Source of the DNA: Candidatus Binatia bacterium
GTDB taxonomy: Bacteria; Desulfobacterota; Binatia; UBA9968
Direction of reading: 5' to 3'
Assembly: GCA_035762645.1 (NCBI GenBank)
Contig: DASTOD010000023.1
Span: 1-53,957 of the forward strand
Length of the DNA: 53,957 nt
In this document: piece by piece, positions 33,222 through 41,001 of the stretch
Numbering within the stretch: the stretch's first letter is position 1
Layout: the number at the start of each line of letters is the position of its first letter
Position numbers and translations under genes: made by a program
Notes under the pieces: generated by a model
The model's database searches: none
Told to the model about the DNA's origin: nothing
The model's input: only the letters and a program-made list of their open reading frames with translations

Positions 33222-34685
33222 CTACACATTGACGACGACAACGCCCTTGGGCTCGAGATAATAATCCAAGGCCTCGGGGCCATGCTCGCGACCGACGCCG
33301 CTGGACTTTACCCCGCCGAAGGGAAGCTCGTCATAACCGTAGTGAAGCGAGTTGACCCACACATTGCCGGCCTGGAGTTTGTCGATCGCCTTGTTCGCGT
33401 AAAGGAGATTGCGCGTCCAGATCGAAGACCCAAGTCCGTACTCCGAGGCGTTGGCCTTCTCGATCGCTTCATCAATCGTTTTGAAAGTGTAGACCGGCAG
33501 GGCCGGGCCGAACACCTCTTCCTTGGTCACGCGCGCGTCATCGGGGACGTTAGTCAACAGAGTCGGCATGTAGAAAGTCCCCTTGTCCAACTCCCCGCCT
33601 TTGGGCCGCTCGCCGCCAAAGAGGGTCTTGGCGCCGCGCGATTTTGCCTCTTGCACCTGCTCTTCGACTTCTTGTCTCTGGGACTCGAGGTGAATCGGTC
33701 CCATGCGGGTTTCCTTGTTCATGCCGTTGCCCAAGGTCTTTTTCTTCAGAATTTCGACCAACCCGCCGAGGAACTTTTCGGCTATCGATTCTTGCAGGAA
33801 CAACCGCTTTACGCCGAGACACATCTGGCCGCAGTTGAAGAAACGGCCGACGTCGGCCATCTTCACCGCCATATCCAGGTTGGCGTCCTCCATCACGATC
33901 ATCGGATCGCTGCCGCCAAGCTCCAGCGTTATTCGTTTGATCTCGCGACCCGCAACTTCCATGACGTGGCGGCCGACGGGCGTGGAGCCGGTGAAAGCGA
34001 TGCGGCGAATCCGCGGGTTGCGCAGGATCTCCTCGCCGACGCTCCCGCCTGGACCCGTGACCACGTTGACCGCTCCTTTCGGTAAAGTCTTTTGAGCTTT
34101 TCCTTCGCCGTAGGTTGCCTGCTGTATCAATTCGATCGCGCGAACGGTCGCCAGCGGAGTCGTGCTGGCGGGCTTGATGATGATTGTGTTGCCCGCCGCG
34201 AGCGCCGGACCGAGCTTCGTGCCCATCAGCGTCAGCGGAAAATTCCACGGCACGATGCCCCCGCAAACTCCAATGGGCTGGCGCACCACCATGCCATACG
34301 CGCCTTTCTGCGGCAGCGGGACGTGGGAGCCGCGCACTTTCGATGCCAGCCCGGCGTAAAATTCCAAACCGTGCACCAGGTGATGAATCTCCAGACCCGC
34401 TTCGAACAGAGTCTTGCCTTGTTCCTGGGTGAGCAACTGAGAAATTTCCGCGCTGTTCTTTTGGATCAGCTCGCAGGCATTCATCAGCGCATGGCCGCGA
34501 TCTTCCGCCGTGGTATCGGACCATTCCTTAAACGCGGTTTCGGCGGCGTCGATGGCCTGCTGCACGTCCTTCTCGTTTCCCTTGGGCGCGGTGTCGACAA
34601 CCGCGCCCGTTGCTGGATTACGAACCTCGTATTTGTCTCGGGTGACCGAGTCCACCAGCTCTCCGCCAATTAACATCTTTGCCAT
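33222..34685 (-). CDS. NAD(P)-dependent aldehyde dehydrogenase
   Basis: The catalytic Glu is in ELGGSDP and the catalytic Cys in FNCGQMCLG. Also present are the GxxxxG-type motif FTGSTPVGRHV and the C-terminal PFGGVKSSGVGRE. There is a GGAGG SD. Confidence 0.95.
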   Translation of the reverse strand: MAKMLIGGELVDSVTRDKYEVRNPATGAVVDTAPKGNEKDVQQAIDAAETAFKEWSDTTAEDRGHALMNACELIQKNSAEISQLLTQEQGKTLFEAGLEIHHLVHGLEFYAGLASKVRGSHVPLPQKGAYGMVVRQPIGVCGGIVPWNFPLTLMGTKLGPALAAGNTIIIKPASTTPLATVRAIELIQQATYGEGKAQKTLPKGAVNVVTGPGGSVGEEILRNPRIRRIAFTGSTPVGRHVMEVAGREIKRITLELGGSDPMIVMEDANLDMAVKMADVGRFFNCGQMCLGVKRLFLQESIAEKFLGGLVEILKKKTLGNGMNKETRMGPIHLESQRQEVEEQVQEAKSRGAKTLFGGERPKGGELDKGTFYMPTLLTNVPDDARVTKEEVFGPALPVYTFKTIDEAIEKANASEYGLGSSIWTRNLLYANKAIDKLQAGNVWVNSLHYGYDELPFGGVKSSGVGREHGPEALDYYLEPKGVVVVNV

Positions 34686-34792
34686 TGCGTGACCTCCGCT
34701 TTTCGGTATTTCACATGTCGCGCGCCGTGAAATCGCCGCCGCTTGTCATCGAAAACTGCGGCGGGATTGTTTTCAGCGAGCAGTCATGCAGT

Positions 34793-34973
34793 TGCTGAAT
34801 GCTTTTGACTGGTTATTGATCCTGCTGAAAAATCCTCCGTTCATCCTTCGAGAACCTCAGAGCCCGTCCTGAGTTCATCGAAGGAACGAACGGAGGAGCG
34901 ACCGAAACATTGGAGATCTTTCCCGTTCATGCTGAACTTGTCGAAGCATTCTTAAAGTTTTTCAGCAGAATCC
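34793..34973. repeat. Composite nested palindromic element (about 180 bp) between the ALDH and crotonase genes
   Basis: The outer inverted repeats are gatcctgctgaaaaatc (34818-34) and agtttttcagcagaatc (34956-72). A second pair is gaatgcttttgac / gtcgaagcattc. The inner hairpin is cctccgttcatccttcgagaac (34834-55) / gttcatcgaaggaacgaacggagg (34873-96). Confidence 0.7.
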
Positions 34974-35765
34974 TTATTTACCTTTGAATTGCGCCGTTCT
35001 CTTCTCGAGGTAGGCCTTCACGCCTTCCTGGCCATCCTCGCTGGCGAAAGCTTGAGCGAGCAACTCGCGCTCGAAAGCCAATCCGTCCGGCAAAGACAAT
35101 TCGAGACCGGTTTGAATGGCGCGTTTAACTTTGCCGACGGCGAAACTGCTCTTGTTGGGCACGATGAACTGGCGCGTGTAGTCCAAGACCTGTCCCATGA
35201 AATTCTCGCGGTCGTAGATGTAGTTAACGAGTCCCATTTCGAGGGCTTCTTCGAAGGCGATGGTCTTGCCGGTGGCGCAAAGCTCCATGGCGCGCGCTTT
35301 GCCGACCAACCGCGGCAGACGTTGGGTGCCGCCCATACCCGGCATCACGCCTAGATTGATCTCCGCCAGACCCACGCGGCCCCCCTCTTTTTTGGCAATC
35401 CGGATATCGCAGGCCATAGCGATTTCGAGACCGCCGCCGACCGCGTGACCGTTAATGGCAGCGATGACGATCTTGGGAGTGTTTTCCAACCGCATCAGCA
35501 CCTCATGTCCGTGCAGCGCAAAGTTATTTTTGAACGCCAAAGACTTGCTGGATAGCATGTTGATGTCCGCGCCGGCGGAAAAAAACTTCTCAACTTTACC
35601 GGTGATCACAATGGCGTGGACGTTGTCGTCGAAACGCGCATCGAGAATCGCGGCGTCCATCTCCTTCAAAAGTTCGGTGGTGTAGCTATTGACCGGCGGC
35701 CGGTTGATCTCCATGACGGCGACGCCGTTATCGACGCGGTATTCGATCATTTTGCCTTCTGCCAT
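34974..35765 (-). CDS. Enoyl-CoA hydratase/isomerase (crotonase) family protein
   Basis: It contains VAVMEINRPPVNSY...VITGKVEKFFSAGADI...AAINGHAVGGGLEIAMACDIRIA..LAEINLGVMPGMGGTQRL. There is a GGGAGG SD. Confidence 0.9.
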   Translation of the reverse strand: MAEGKMIEYRVDNGVAVMEINRPPVNSYTTELLKEMDAAILDARFDDNVHAIVITGKVEKFFSAGADINMLSSKSLAFKNNFALHGHEVLMRLENTPKIVIAAINGHAVGGGLEIAMACDIRIAKKEGGRVGLAEINLGVMPGMGGTQRLPRLVGKARAMELCATGKTIAFEEALEMGLVNYIYDRENFMGQVLDYTRQFIVPNKSSFAVGKVKRAIQTGLELSLPDGLAFERELLAQAFASEDGQEGVKAYLEKRTAQFKGK

Positions 35766-35830
35766 AGCTCAAGCCTCCCTCGGTTTAGTCCTGCTTTTTT
35801 CACTTAACCGGCATCCCCGCGCAAGTCAAG

Positions 35831-35920
35831 GCCGGAATCGGGTCTCGGGTCTCGCGTTGAGTGTCTCGCGTTGGGGCGGAGGAAACTCGAGACTCGAAAC
35901 CCGAGACTCGAAACTGCCGG
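35831..35920. repeat. Long imperfect hairpin of CGAGAC/CGAAAC words
   Basis: gccggaatcgggtctcgggtctcgcgttgagtgtctcgcgttgg (35831-74) faces ggaaactcgagactcgaaacccgagactcgaaactgccgg (35881-920). Confidence 0.7.
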
Positions 35921-35998
35921 CTCTATTTAAGCTGGGTTGGCAAGTCGTTGGAAGTATGGCATGAGTAACGAAAATTTTTAAAACTGCAAGGAGGCGTT

Positions 35999-36943
35999 AT
36001 GAAGGTAAGGCCCAAGCGAAAACCGATCAAGTGGCCCGATGGGGCGCAAATCGCTATTACCCCGTGCGTGGCGTTTGAGACTTGGCCTGAAGATTTAGGG
36101 GGCCCGTTCTCGCGCCAGCAGCAGAACCGTCGCGCCTTTCCCAAAAACGCGCTCACCAAGAAAGATTTGGGCGTCATTACCGACCGCGAGTTCGGCGAGC
36201 GCGTGGGAATCTATCGGTTTCTCGAAATTCTCGAAAAAGAAAACATCCGGACCTCTTTCTTTCCCACGGGCATTACCGTTCAGAACTATCCTGAGATTTT
36301 CAAAGAAATCGTCGAGCAAGGACACGAAGTGGGCACCGAGACTTGGATTCATGACTATAGCTACATGAAAAAGCGCGCGCAGGAAAAGAAGGATCTGCAG
36401 AAGACCGTCGAGGTCGTGAAAAAAGTGGTGGGCAAAGCGCCGGCCGGCTATCTCTCGACGGGCATTGCCCCGAGCGTCAACACTCCCGAGGTCATTGTCG
36501 AGTGCGGCTACACTTACTGGATGGACCCGCAACATCAAGAGACCCCCTACACCCTCAAGCTGCAAGGCAAAGAATTGACCGTGCTGTCGTATTTCCAGGA
36601 TTTGAACGATTATTCCAGTTATCAGCGCGCGGGCAGAACGCCGCGAGATCTTCTTCAGATGTGGAAAGATTGCTTCGATTGCCTTTATGAAGAGGGGGCG
36701 ACGGATCCCAAGTTCATGGTGTGGGGAAATCACCCGTTTGTCGGCGGGCGGCCGTTTCGCGCCCTTCTGCTCCGGGAGTTCCTTCGCTACGCCAAGAGCC
36801 ACGGCAAAGTTTGGTTCGCCACCGCCGGTGAGGTCGCGAAATGGTATCGCGATAACTACCGTGACGCTCAAATCGAACAATGGCCAAACTTCGCTTTCGC
36901 CGGCCGCGCCGGAAAACTTTCGGATCTCACGAAAGCAAACTAA
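35999..36943 (+). CDS. Polysaccharide deacetylase (CE4) family protein
   Basis: It contains IKWPDGAQIAITPCVAFE...REFGERVGIYRFLEILEKENIRTSFFPTGITVQNYPEIFKEIVEQGHEVGTETW. There is an AAGGAGG SD. Confidence 0.75.
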   Translation: MKVRPKRKPIKWPDGAQIAITPCVAFETWPEDLGGPFSRQQQNRRAFPKNALTKKDLGVITDREFGERVGIYRFLEILEKENIRTSFFPTGITVQNYPEIFKEIVEQGHEVGTETWIHDYSYMKKRAQEKKDLQKTVEVVKKVVGKAPAGYLSTGIAPSVNTPEVIVECGYTYWMDPQHQETPYTLKLQGKELTVLSYFQDLNDYSSYQRAGRTPRDLLQMWKDCFDCLYEEGATDPKFMVWGNHPFVGGRPFRALLLREFLRYAKSHGKVWFATAGEVAKWYRDNYRDAQIEQWPNFAFAGRAGKLSDLTKAN

Positions 36944-36996
36944 GCCCCCCTCTCTATCTCCCCCGGTCGCCGCCGGGGGAGATGAAAGAGGGGGAG
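36944..36996. repeat. CCCCTC..TCTCCCCC / GGGGGAGA..GAGGGG hairpin between convergent genes (terminator-like)
   Basis: gcccccctctctatctcccccgg (36944-66) faces ccgggggagatgaaagagggggag (36973-96). Confidence 0.7.
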
Positions 36997-37007
36997 AGTT
37001 AGAGGAA

Positions 37008-38603
37008 CTAGAAACTATTTGAATCTCTCCTGCTCTTCGAAATGAACTGCCGTTCATAGAGAGCCTGGAGCTCTGCTTGAGTCGTGATCTGCGCGACGCT
37101 TTTGTCGTCGCGGATTCGCTTGATCCGCGCAAAACGGAGCGCAAAGCCCGAGCTGTATTGCGGGCTTCGTTGTATCTCGTTATAGGCCACCTCGACGATG
37201 ACCTCCGGTTTTACCGTTACCGTATAGCCGTCGTCGGCCAGCTCAAGTTCTTTTAGCCTGGAGGTCATTTCAGCGAATTCTTTGTCGGTCAATCCTTTGA
37301 AGGTTTTGCCTACCGGAGCGAATCCTCCTGCTCCGTCGGCTACCGCGAGATGGTAATTGGAGAGCCAGCCGCGGCGCCGCCCGGAACCGCGATCGGCGGC
37401 CGTGATCACGCAATCGACCGTTTCGGCGGGCTTGATCTTAAACCAGAGTTTGCCGCGGTTGCCCGGCATATAAAGACTGTTCAAGGCTTTCGCCATCAAG
37501 CCTTCTTGGCCCGCTGCGAGGGCTTCGTTCAAAAAACCTTCCGCCTCGAGTTTATCTCCGGTAATTTTCCGCCGCGCCAGATATCTCCCGCCGGTCATGG
37601 ACTCGAGCTTCGACCAGCGCTCTTCATAAGGCTCGTCGATGAGAGAGCGGCCGTTCAAAAAGAGGCAATCGAACAGATGAAGCGCGAGCGGAATCTCGAT
37701 GGCGGCCGATTCTATTCCATGAATGCGCTTGAAGCGTCGCATGAGTTCTTGAAAAGGAAAGGGCCGCCCATCTTTTCCGATCGCCACGACTTCACCGTCC
37801 ACTATGAAAGAATCTCCCTGGAGATCCTTTCGCGCGAGATCGGTGATTTCCGGAATGCTCCGAGTCACTTCGGAGAGGCGGCGGCTCCAGATGCGCACCC
37901 GGTCACCTTCTTTGTGAATCTGAATGCGTGCGCCGTCGTATTTAAACTCCAGCGCCGTCTTCCCCTGATGGGCTTCAAAAATCGCGTCGAAATCTTGCGA
38001 CAGTTCGGAAAGCATCGGGAGAACGGGAACGAAGAGCTTGATGTCGACCTGCTGAAGAGCCGCGGCTCCACCCGCCAGCGCAACCGCAGCGACTTCGGCA
38101 AGGTCGGAAAGAAACAGAGCCGCGCGCCGCACGGTTTTTAAATCGGCCCCGGCGGCGCGCGCGATCGCTTCCTGAATGAGCCCGTCGTGCAGGCCAATGC
38201 GAAGTTCGTTGTGCAGCAGGCGAAATAGGATTGGCCCTTCTCTCGCCCCCGCCCTCTCGACAAGTTCTTTGAGCCGGGCAAACTTTTCTCGTCGCGAGCC
38301 TTTTCCGCTGGCCTCGGAAATCTTGGCGAAGCTGAGCGCCACGTCGTGAATCGTCAGCGGCGTCGGCGCCGAATTTTGGGTCATGGGAATTTTTCCGACT
38401 TCAAAGAAAGCCCCCGCGCCGATGTCGAGAGTGCGAGGGTCGGACACCGGAAAAGGGCGGCCGGATAAAAAAGCGACGCCGTGGCGGATCTCGTCGGGCT
38501 GAAGCTGCTGGAGATACGCCGCCGCGGCGGCGACTTTCGCCAGCCGGCTCGGCGTCTTCTCAAGCTCGTAACAGAGCGCTGCAAATGCGGAAAAGTTCAT
38601 CAA
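37008..38603 (-). CDS. ATP-dependent DNA ligase (Lig1/LigB-like, with N-terminal DNA-binding domain)
   Basis: Adenylation motif I is EFKYDGARIQIH. Also present are FIVDGEVVA, ...LFDCLFLNG..., and GLMAKALNSLYMPGNRGKLWFKIKP (motif V/OB region). Confidence 0.9.
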   Translation of the reverse strand: MMNFSAFAALCYELEKTPSRLAKVAAAAAYLQQLQPDEIRHGVAFLSGRPFPVSDPRTLDIGAGAFFEVGKIPMTQNSAPTPLTIHDVALSFAKISEASGKGSRREKFARLKELVERAGAREGPILFRLLHNELRIGLHDGLIQEAIARAAGADLKTVRRAALFLSDLAEVAAVALAGGAAALQQVDIKLFVPVLPMLSELSQDFDAIFEAHQGKTALEFKYDGARIQIHKEGDRVRIWSRRLSEVTRSIPEITDLARKDLQGDSFIVDGEVVAIGKDGRPFPFQELMRRFKRIHGIESAAIEIPLALHLFDCLFLNGRSLIDEPYEERWSKLESMTGGRYLARRKITGDKLEAEGFLNEALAAGQEGLMAKALNSLYMPGNRGKLWFKIKPAETVDCVITAADRGSGRRRGWLSNYHLAVADGAGGFAPVGKTFKGLTDKEFAEMTSRLKELELADDGYTVTVKPEVIVEVAYNEIQRSPQYSSGFALRFARIKRIRDDKSVAQITTQAELQALYERQFISKSRRDSNSF

Positions 38604-38640
38604 CTATACTTTAACATGCGGCTTCGAACTGCGAAAAAGC

Positions 38641-38669
38641 TTGACTCTGGTCGTTTAGGTTGGTATTTG
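38641..38669 (+). promoter_or_regulatory. Putative sigma70 promoter for the GYD-korAB operon
   Basis: TTGACT (38641-46), N17, TATTTG (38664-69). This would give a roughly 190-nt leader. Confidence 0.3.
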
Positions 38670-38785
38670 ATGCGTACGTGTACATAACGGCAATCAATGT
38701 CCCGCGTCTGTAGTGATGAGCCTGATTCAATGGGCTAACAAGAGGAGCGTAAGCATTCCTCGGTGCGGGAATATCGGTGAGCAGT

Positions 38786-38836
38786 GCCAGTTGCTATTGC
38801 GAATTTTTCGCAAGGGGCGGCTGGCTTTTTTGTTTT
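38786..38836 (+). terminator. Intrinsic-terminator-like hairpin plus U-tract inside the leader of the GYD-korAB operon (possible attenuator)
   Basis: The outer stem is gccag...ctggc (38786-90 / 38821-25). It encloses a perfect inner hairpin ttgcgaa-ttt-ttcgcaa and is followed by ttttttgtttt (38826-36). It lies 25 nt upstream of the GYD ATG, with no upstream plus-strand gene to terminate. Confidence 0.45.
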
Positions 38837-38860
38837 AAGTCACGGCGAAAGGGAATTTCT

Positions 38861-39154
38861 ATGCCGACCTATGTCGCCTTGGTTAATTTTACGGATCAAG
38901 GGATCCGGCAAATCAAACAAACCACGGAAAGAGCAAAGGGCTTGATCAACGCGGCCGCGAATCTCGGCGTTAAGGTCAAGGAAATTTACTGGACCATGGG
39001 GGCCTACGACGCTTTGTTTATCGCCGATGCTCCGAACGATGAGGCCGTGACGGGCCTGGCCCTGAGCCTGGGAACGTTGGGAAACATTCGGACGCAGACC
39101 ATGCGGGCCTACAATGCCGACGAGGTGGCCAAGATTTTAGCCAGGATTCCTTAA
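38861..39154 (+). CDS. GYD domain protein
   Basis: It starts MPTYVALVNFTDQGIRQIKQTTERAKGLINAAANLGVKVKEIYWTMGAYDALFIADAPNDEAV. I preferred ATG 38861 over the track start at 38777. Confidence 0.8.
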   Translation: MPTYVALVNFTDQGIRQIKQTTERAKGLINAAANLGVKVKEIYWTMGAYDALFIADAPNDEAVTGLALSLGTLGNIRTQTMRAYNADEVAKILARIP

Positions 39155-39200
39155 ACGGTTCTTTGTTGTTGTTTTGGATCATTCCCGGCGGGAGGGTGCC

Positions 39201-40991
39201 ATGGGAAAAATCGATCTTTCAATTGGAATCGGCGGCGCCGCGGGGCAGGGGATCGCCACTCCGGGCGATATTTTGGCGCGTATCTTCGTGCGCCGCGGCC
39301 TGCATCTGAATGCCTACAACGCCTACCAGTCGATCATTCGCGGCGGGCACATCTTCCTGACGCTCAGGACCGGCGACGAACCGGTTCTTAGCTTCGGCGA
39401 TAAGTTGGATGTCCTCATTCCGCTAAATCAAGACACCATGAATCGCCATCTCCGGCTCATGGGAGACGGTTCGGCAGTGCTTTATAACAGCGATAAGATC
39501 AAGCCGGGAACCACGGCTGACGGCGTCCAGCTCTGCCCGTTTTCCGTTAAAGAGCTCGCGCCCGCGATCAAGGGCGATCTGGTGCAAAATACGATTGCTT
39601 TGGCGGCGGTGCTGCGACTCATCGGCGTTGAGTTCAAGGTGTTGGAAGAAATTCTGACACTGCAGTTCAAAAGAAAAGGACAGGCGGTCGTCGCCGAAAA
39701 CGTCGGTGTGGCGCGCGCGGGCTATGACTACGCCGCCGGGCATTTCAAGCCGTTTCCTTTTTCTCTCCCCAATACGGGCAAGCCGTTGGGGTTTTTCGAG
39801 GGAAACCAGGCTCTGGCGATGGGCGGGGCCGCAGCCGGCGTCCGTTTCTATTGCGCTTACCCGATGAGCCCGTCTTCCGGCGTGCTTCACTGGATGGCGC
39901 GGCATGCCCGACAACTGGGTATTATGGTGCGGCAAGTCGAGGACGAACTTGGAGTCATCAACATGGCCATTGGCGCCGCGCACACGGGCTGCCGCGCGAT
40001 GTGCGCTACTTCCGGCGGGGGCTTTGCGCTGATGAGCGAGGCTCTCGGCTCCGCGGCTATGATGGAGATTCCGGTAGTATGCATCAATGTTCAACGCGCC
40101 GGCCCGGCCACCGGAGTGCCGACCAAGACGGAACAGGGCGATCTCTGGCAAGTCATGGGCGCCGGCCAGGGAGATTATCCCCGAATCATCGTCGCGCCGA
40201 CCAACATAGTCGACTGTTTCGAAACTGTGCCACAGCTTTTCAATCTGGTGGATAATTTCCAGTGTCCGGGGATTATCCTCACGGATCTCTTACTCTCGGA
40301 AGGTCGCTCCAGTGTAGATCCCGCCGATTTGAATTTTAACGTCCCCATCGACCGGGGCGAGATCATCGGGCTCAACGGAAAGGCTCCTCCCGTCAACGGT
40401 GGCTACCAGCGCTTCCGCGTCACCGAGAGCGGCATTTCCCCGCGCGCGCTTCCGGGGACTCCGGGTTACGCCCACGTGGTGGCCACCGACGAGCACGACG
40501 AAGAGGGAGTGCTGATCAGCGACGAATTTACCGATCCTCACAAGCGCCAGGCGATGCATGAGAAGCGCATGCGCAAGATGGAAGCGATCCTCCCTCAGCT
40601 GGATCCGCCGCGGCTCTTCGGGCCGCCTGACGCTGCGGTCACGTTTGTCGGCTGGGGCTCAACCGAGGGAGTCATCCGCGAGGGAATGCAAAAACTCGCA
40701 AGCCAGGAAGGCATCGTCGCGAACCATCTCCAGATCAAATGGCTCGTGCCGCTGCACGCCGACGCGATCACGGCGCTCCTTTCCAGCGCCAAAAAACTCG
40801 TCATTGTGGAGAATAATTATAGCGGTCAGTTTGCTCGCTATCTCAGATCGGAGACCAGCATTGTGGCGGACGGTCATATTCGAAAATACGACGGCGAGCC
40901 GTTCATGCCGCACCATATCGTCGACGGCGTTAAAGCGATTTTGGCCGGCAGCACGCAGAACTACGTGCCGGTTCACGAAATCATGGTTTAA
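39201..40991 (+). CDS. korA: 2-oxoacid:ferredoxin oxidoreductase, alpha subunit (gamma-alpha fusion)
   Basis: The N-terminal gamma-type domain is IGIGGAAGQGIATPGDILARIF...YQSIIRGGH. The alpha domain is FYCAYPMSPSSGVLHWMA...VEDELGVINMAIGAAHTGCRAM. A GGGAGG SD precedes the ATG at 39201. Confidence 0.9.
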   Translation: MGKIDLSIGIGGAAGQGIATPGDILARIFVRRGLHLNAYNAYQSIIRGGHIFLTLRTGDEPVLSFGDKLDVLIPLNQDTMNRHLRLMGDGSAVLYNSDKIKPGTTADGVQLCPFSVKELAPAIKGDLVQNTIALAAVLRLIGVEFKVLEEILTLQFKRKGQAVVAENVGVARAGYDYAAGHFKPFPFSLPNTGKPLGFFEGNQALAMGGAAAGVRFYCAYPMSPSSGVLHWMARHARQLGIMVRQVEDELGVINMAIGAAHTGCRAMCATSGGGFALMSEALGSAAMMEIPVVCINVQRAGPATGVPTKTEQGDLWQVMGAGQGDYPRIIVAPTNIVDCFETVPQLFNLVDNFQCPGIILTDLLLSEGRSSVDPADLNFNVPIDRGEIIGLNGKAPPVNGGYQRFRVTESGISPRALPGTPGYAHVVATDEHDEEGVLISDEFTDPHKRQAMHEKRMRKMEAILPQLDPPRLFGPPDAAVTFVGWGSTEGVIREGMQKLASQEGIVANHLQIKWLVPLHADAITALLSSAKKLVIVENNYSGQFARYLRSETSIVADGHIRKYDGEPFMPHHIVDGVKAILAGSTQNYVPVHEIMV

Positions 40992-41001
40992 GGAGAGCGC
41001 T

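Noticed and set aside
33550-34524. Long alternative-frame or antisense ORFs in the track. Examples are 33550..34524 (324 aa), 33201..34085, 36095..37144 (349 aa), 7147..8223 (358 aa), 22695..23510, 28680..29522, 11704..12477, 37350..38141, 53100..53891 and 39423..40151.
   Set aside because: All overlap genes with strong family signatures. Their translations are R/G/P/A-rich low-complexity sequences with no motifs. These are typical shadow ORFs in high-GC DNA.
40558-41001. Track ORFs imply large N-terminal extensions. Examples are korB from 40558, Lon from 24242, MoxR from 2301, the DUF4136 protein from 29750, GYD from 38777 and the SBP from 19306.
   Set aside because: These extensions overlap upstream genes or lack family similarity. 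Internal ATGs with Shine-Dalgarno sites, ATGA overlaps or signal peptides fit the known family N-termini, so I used those.
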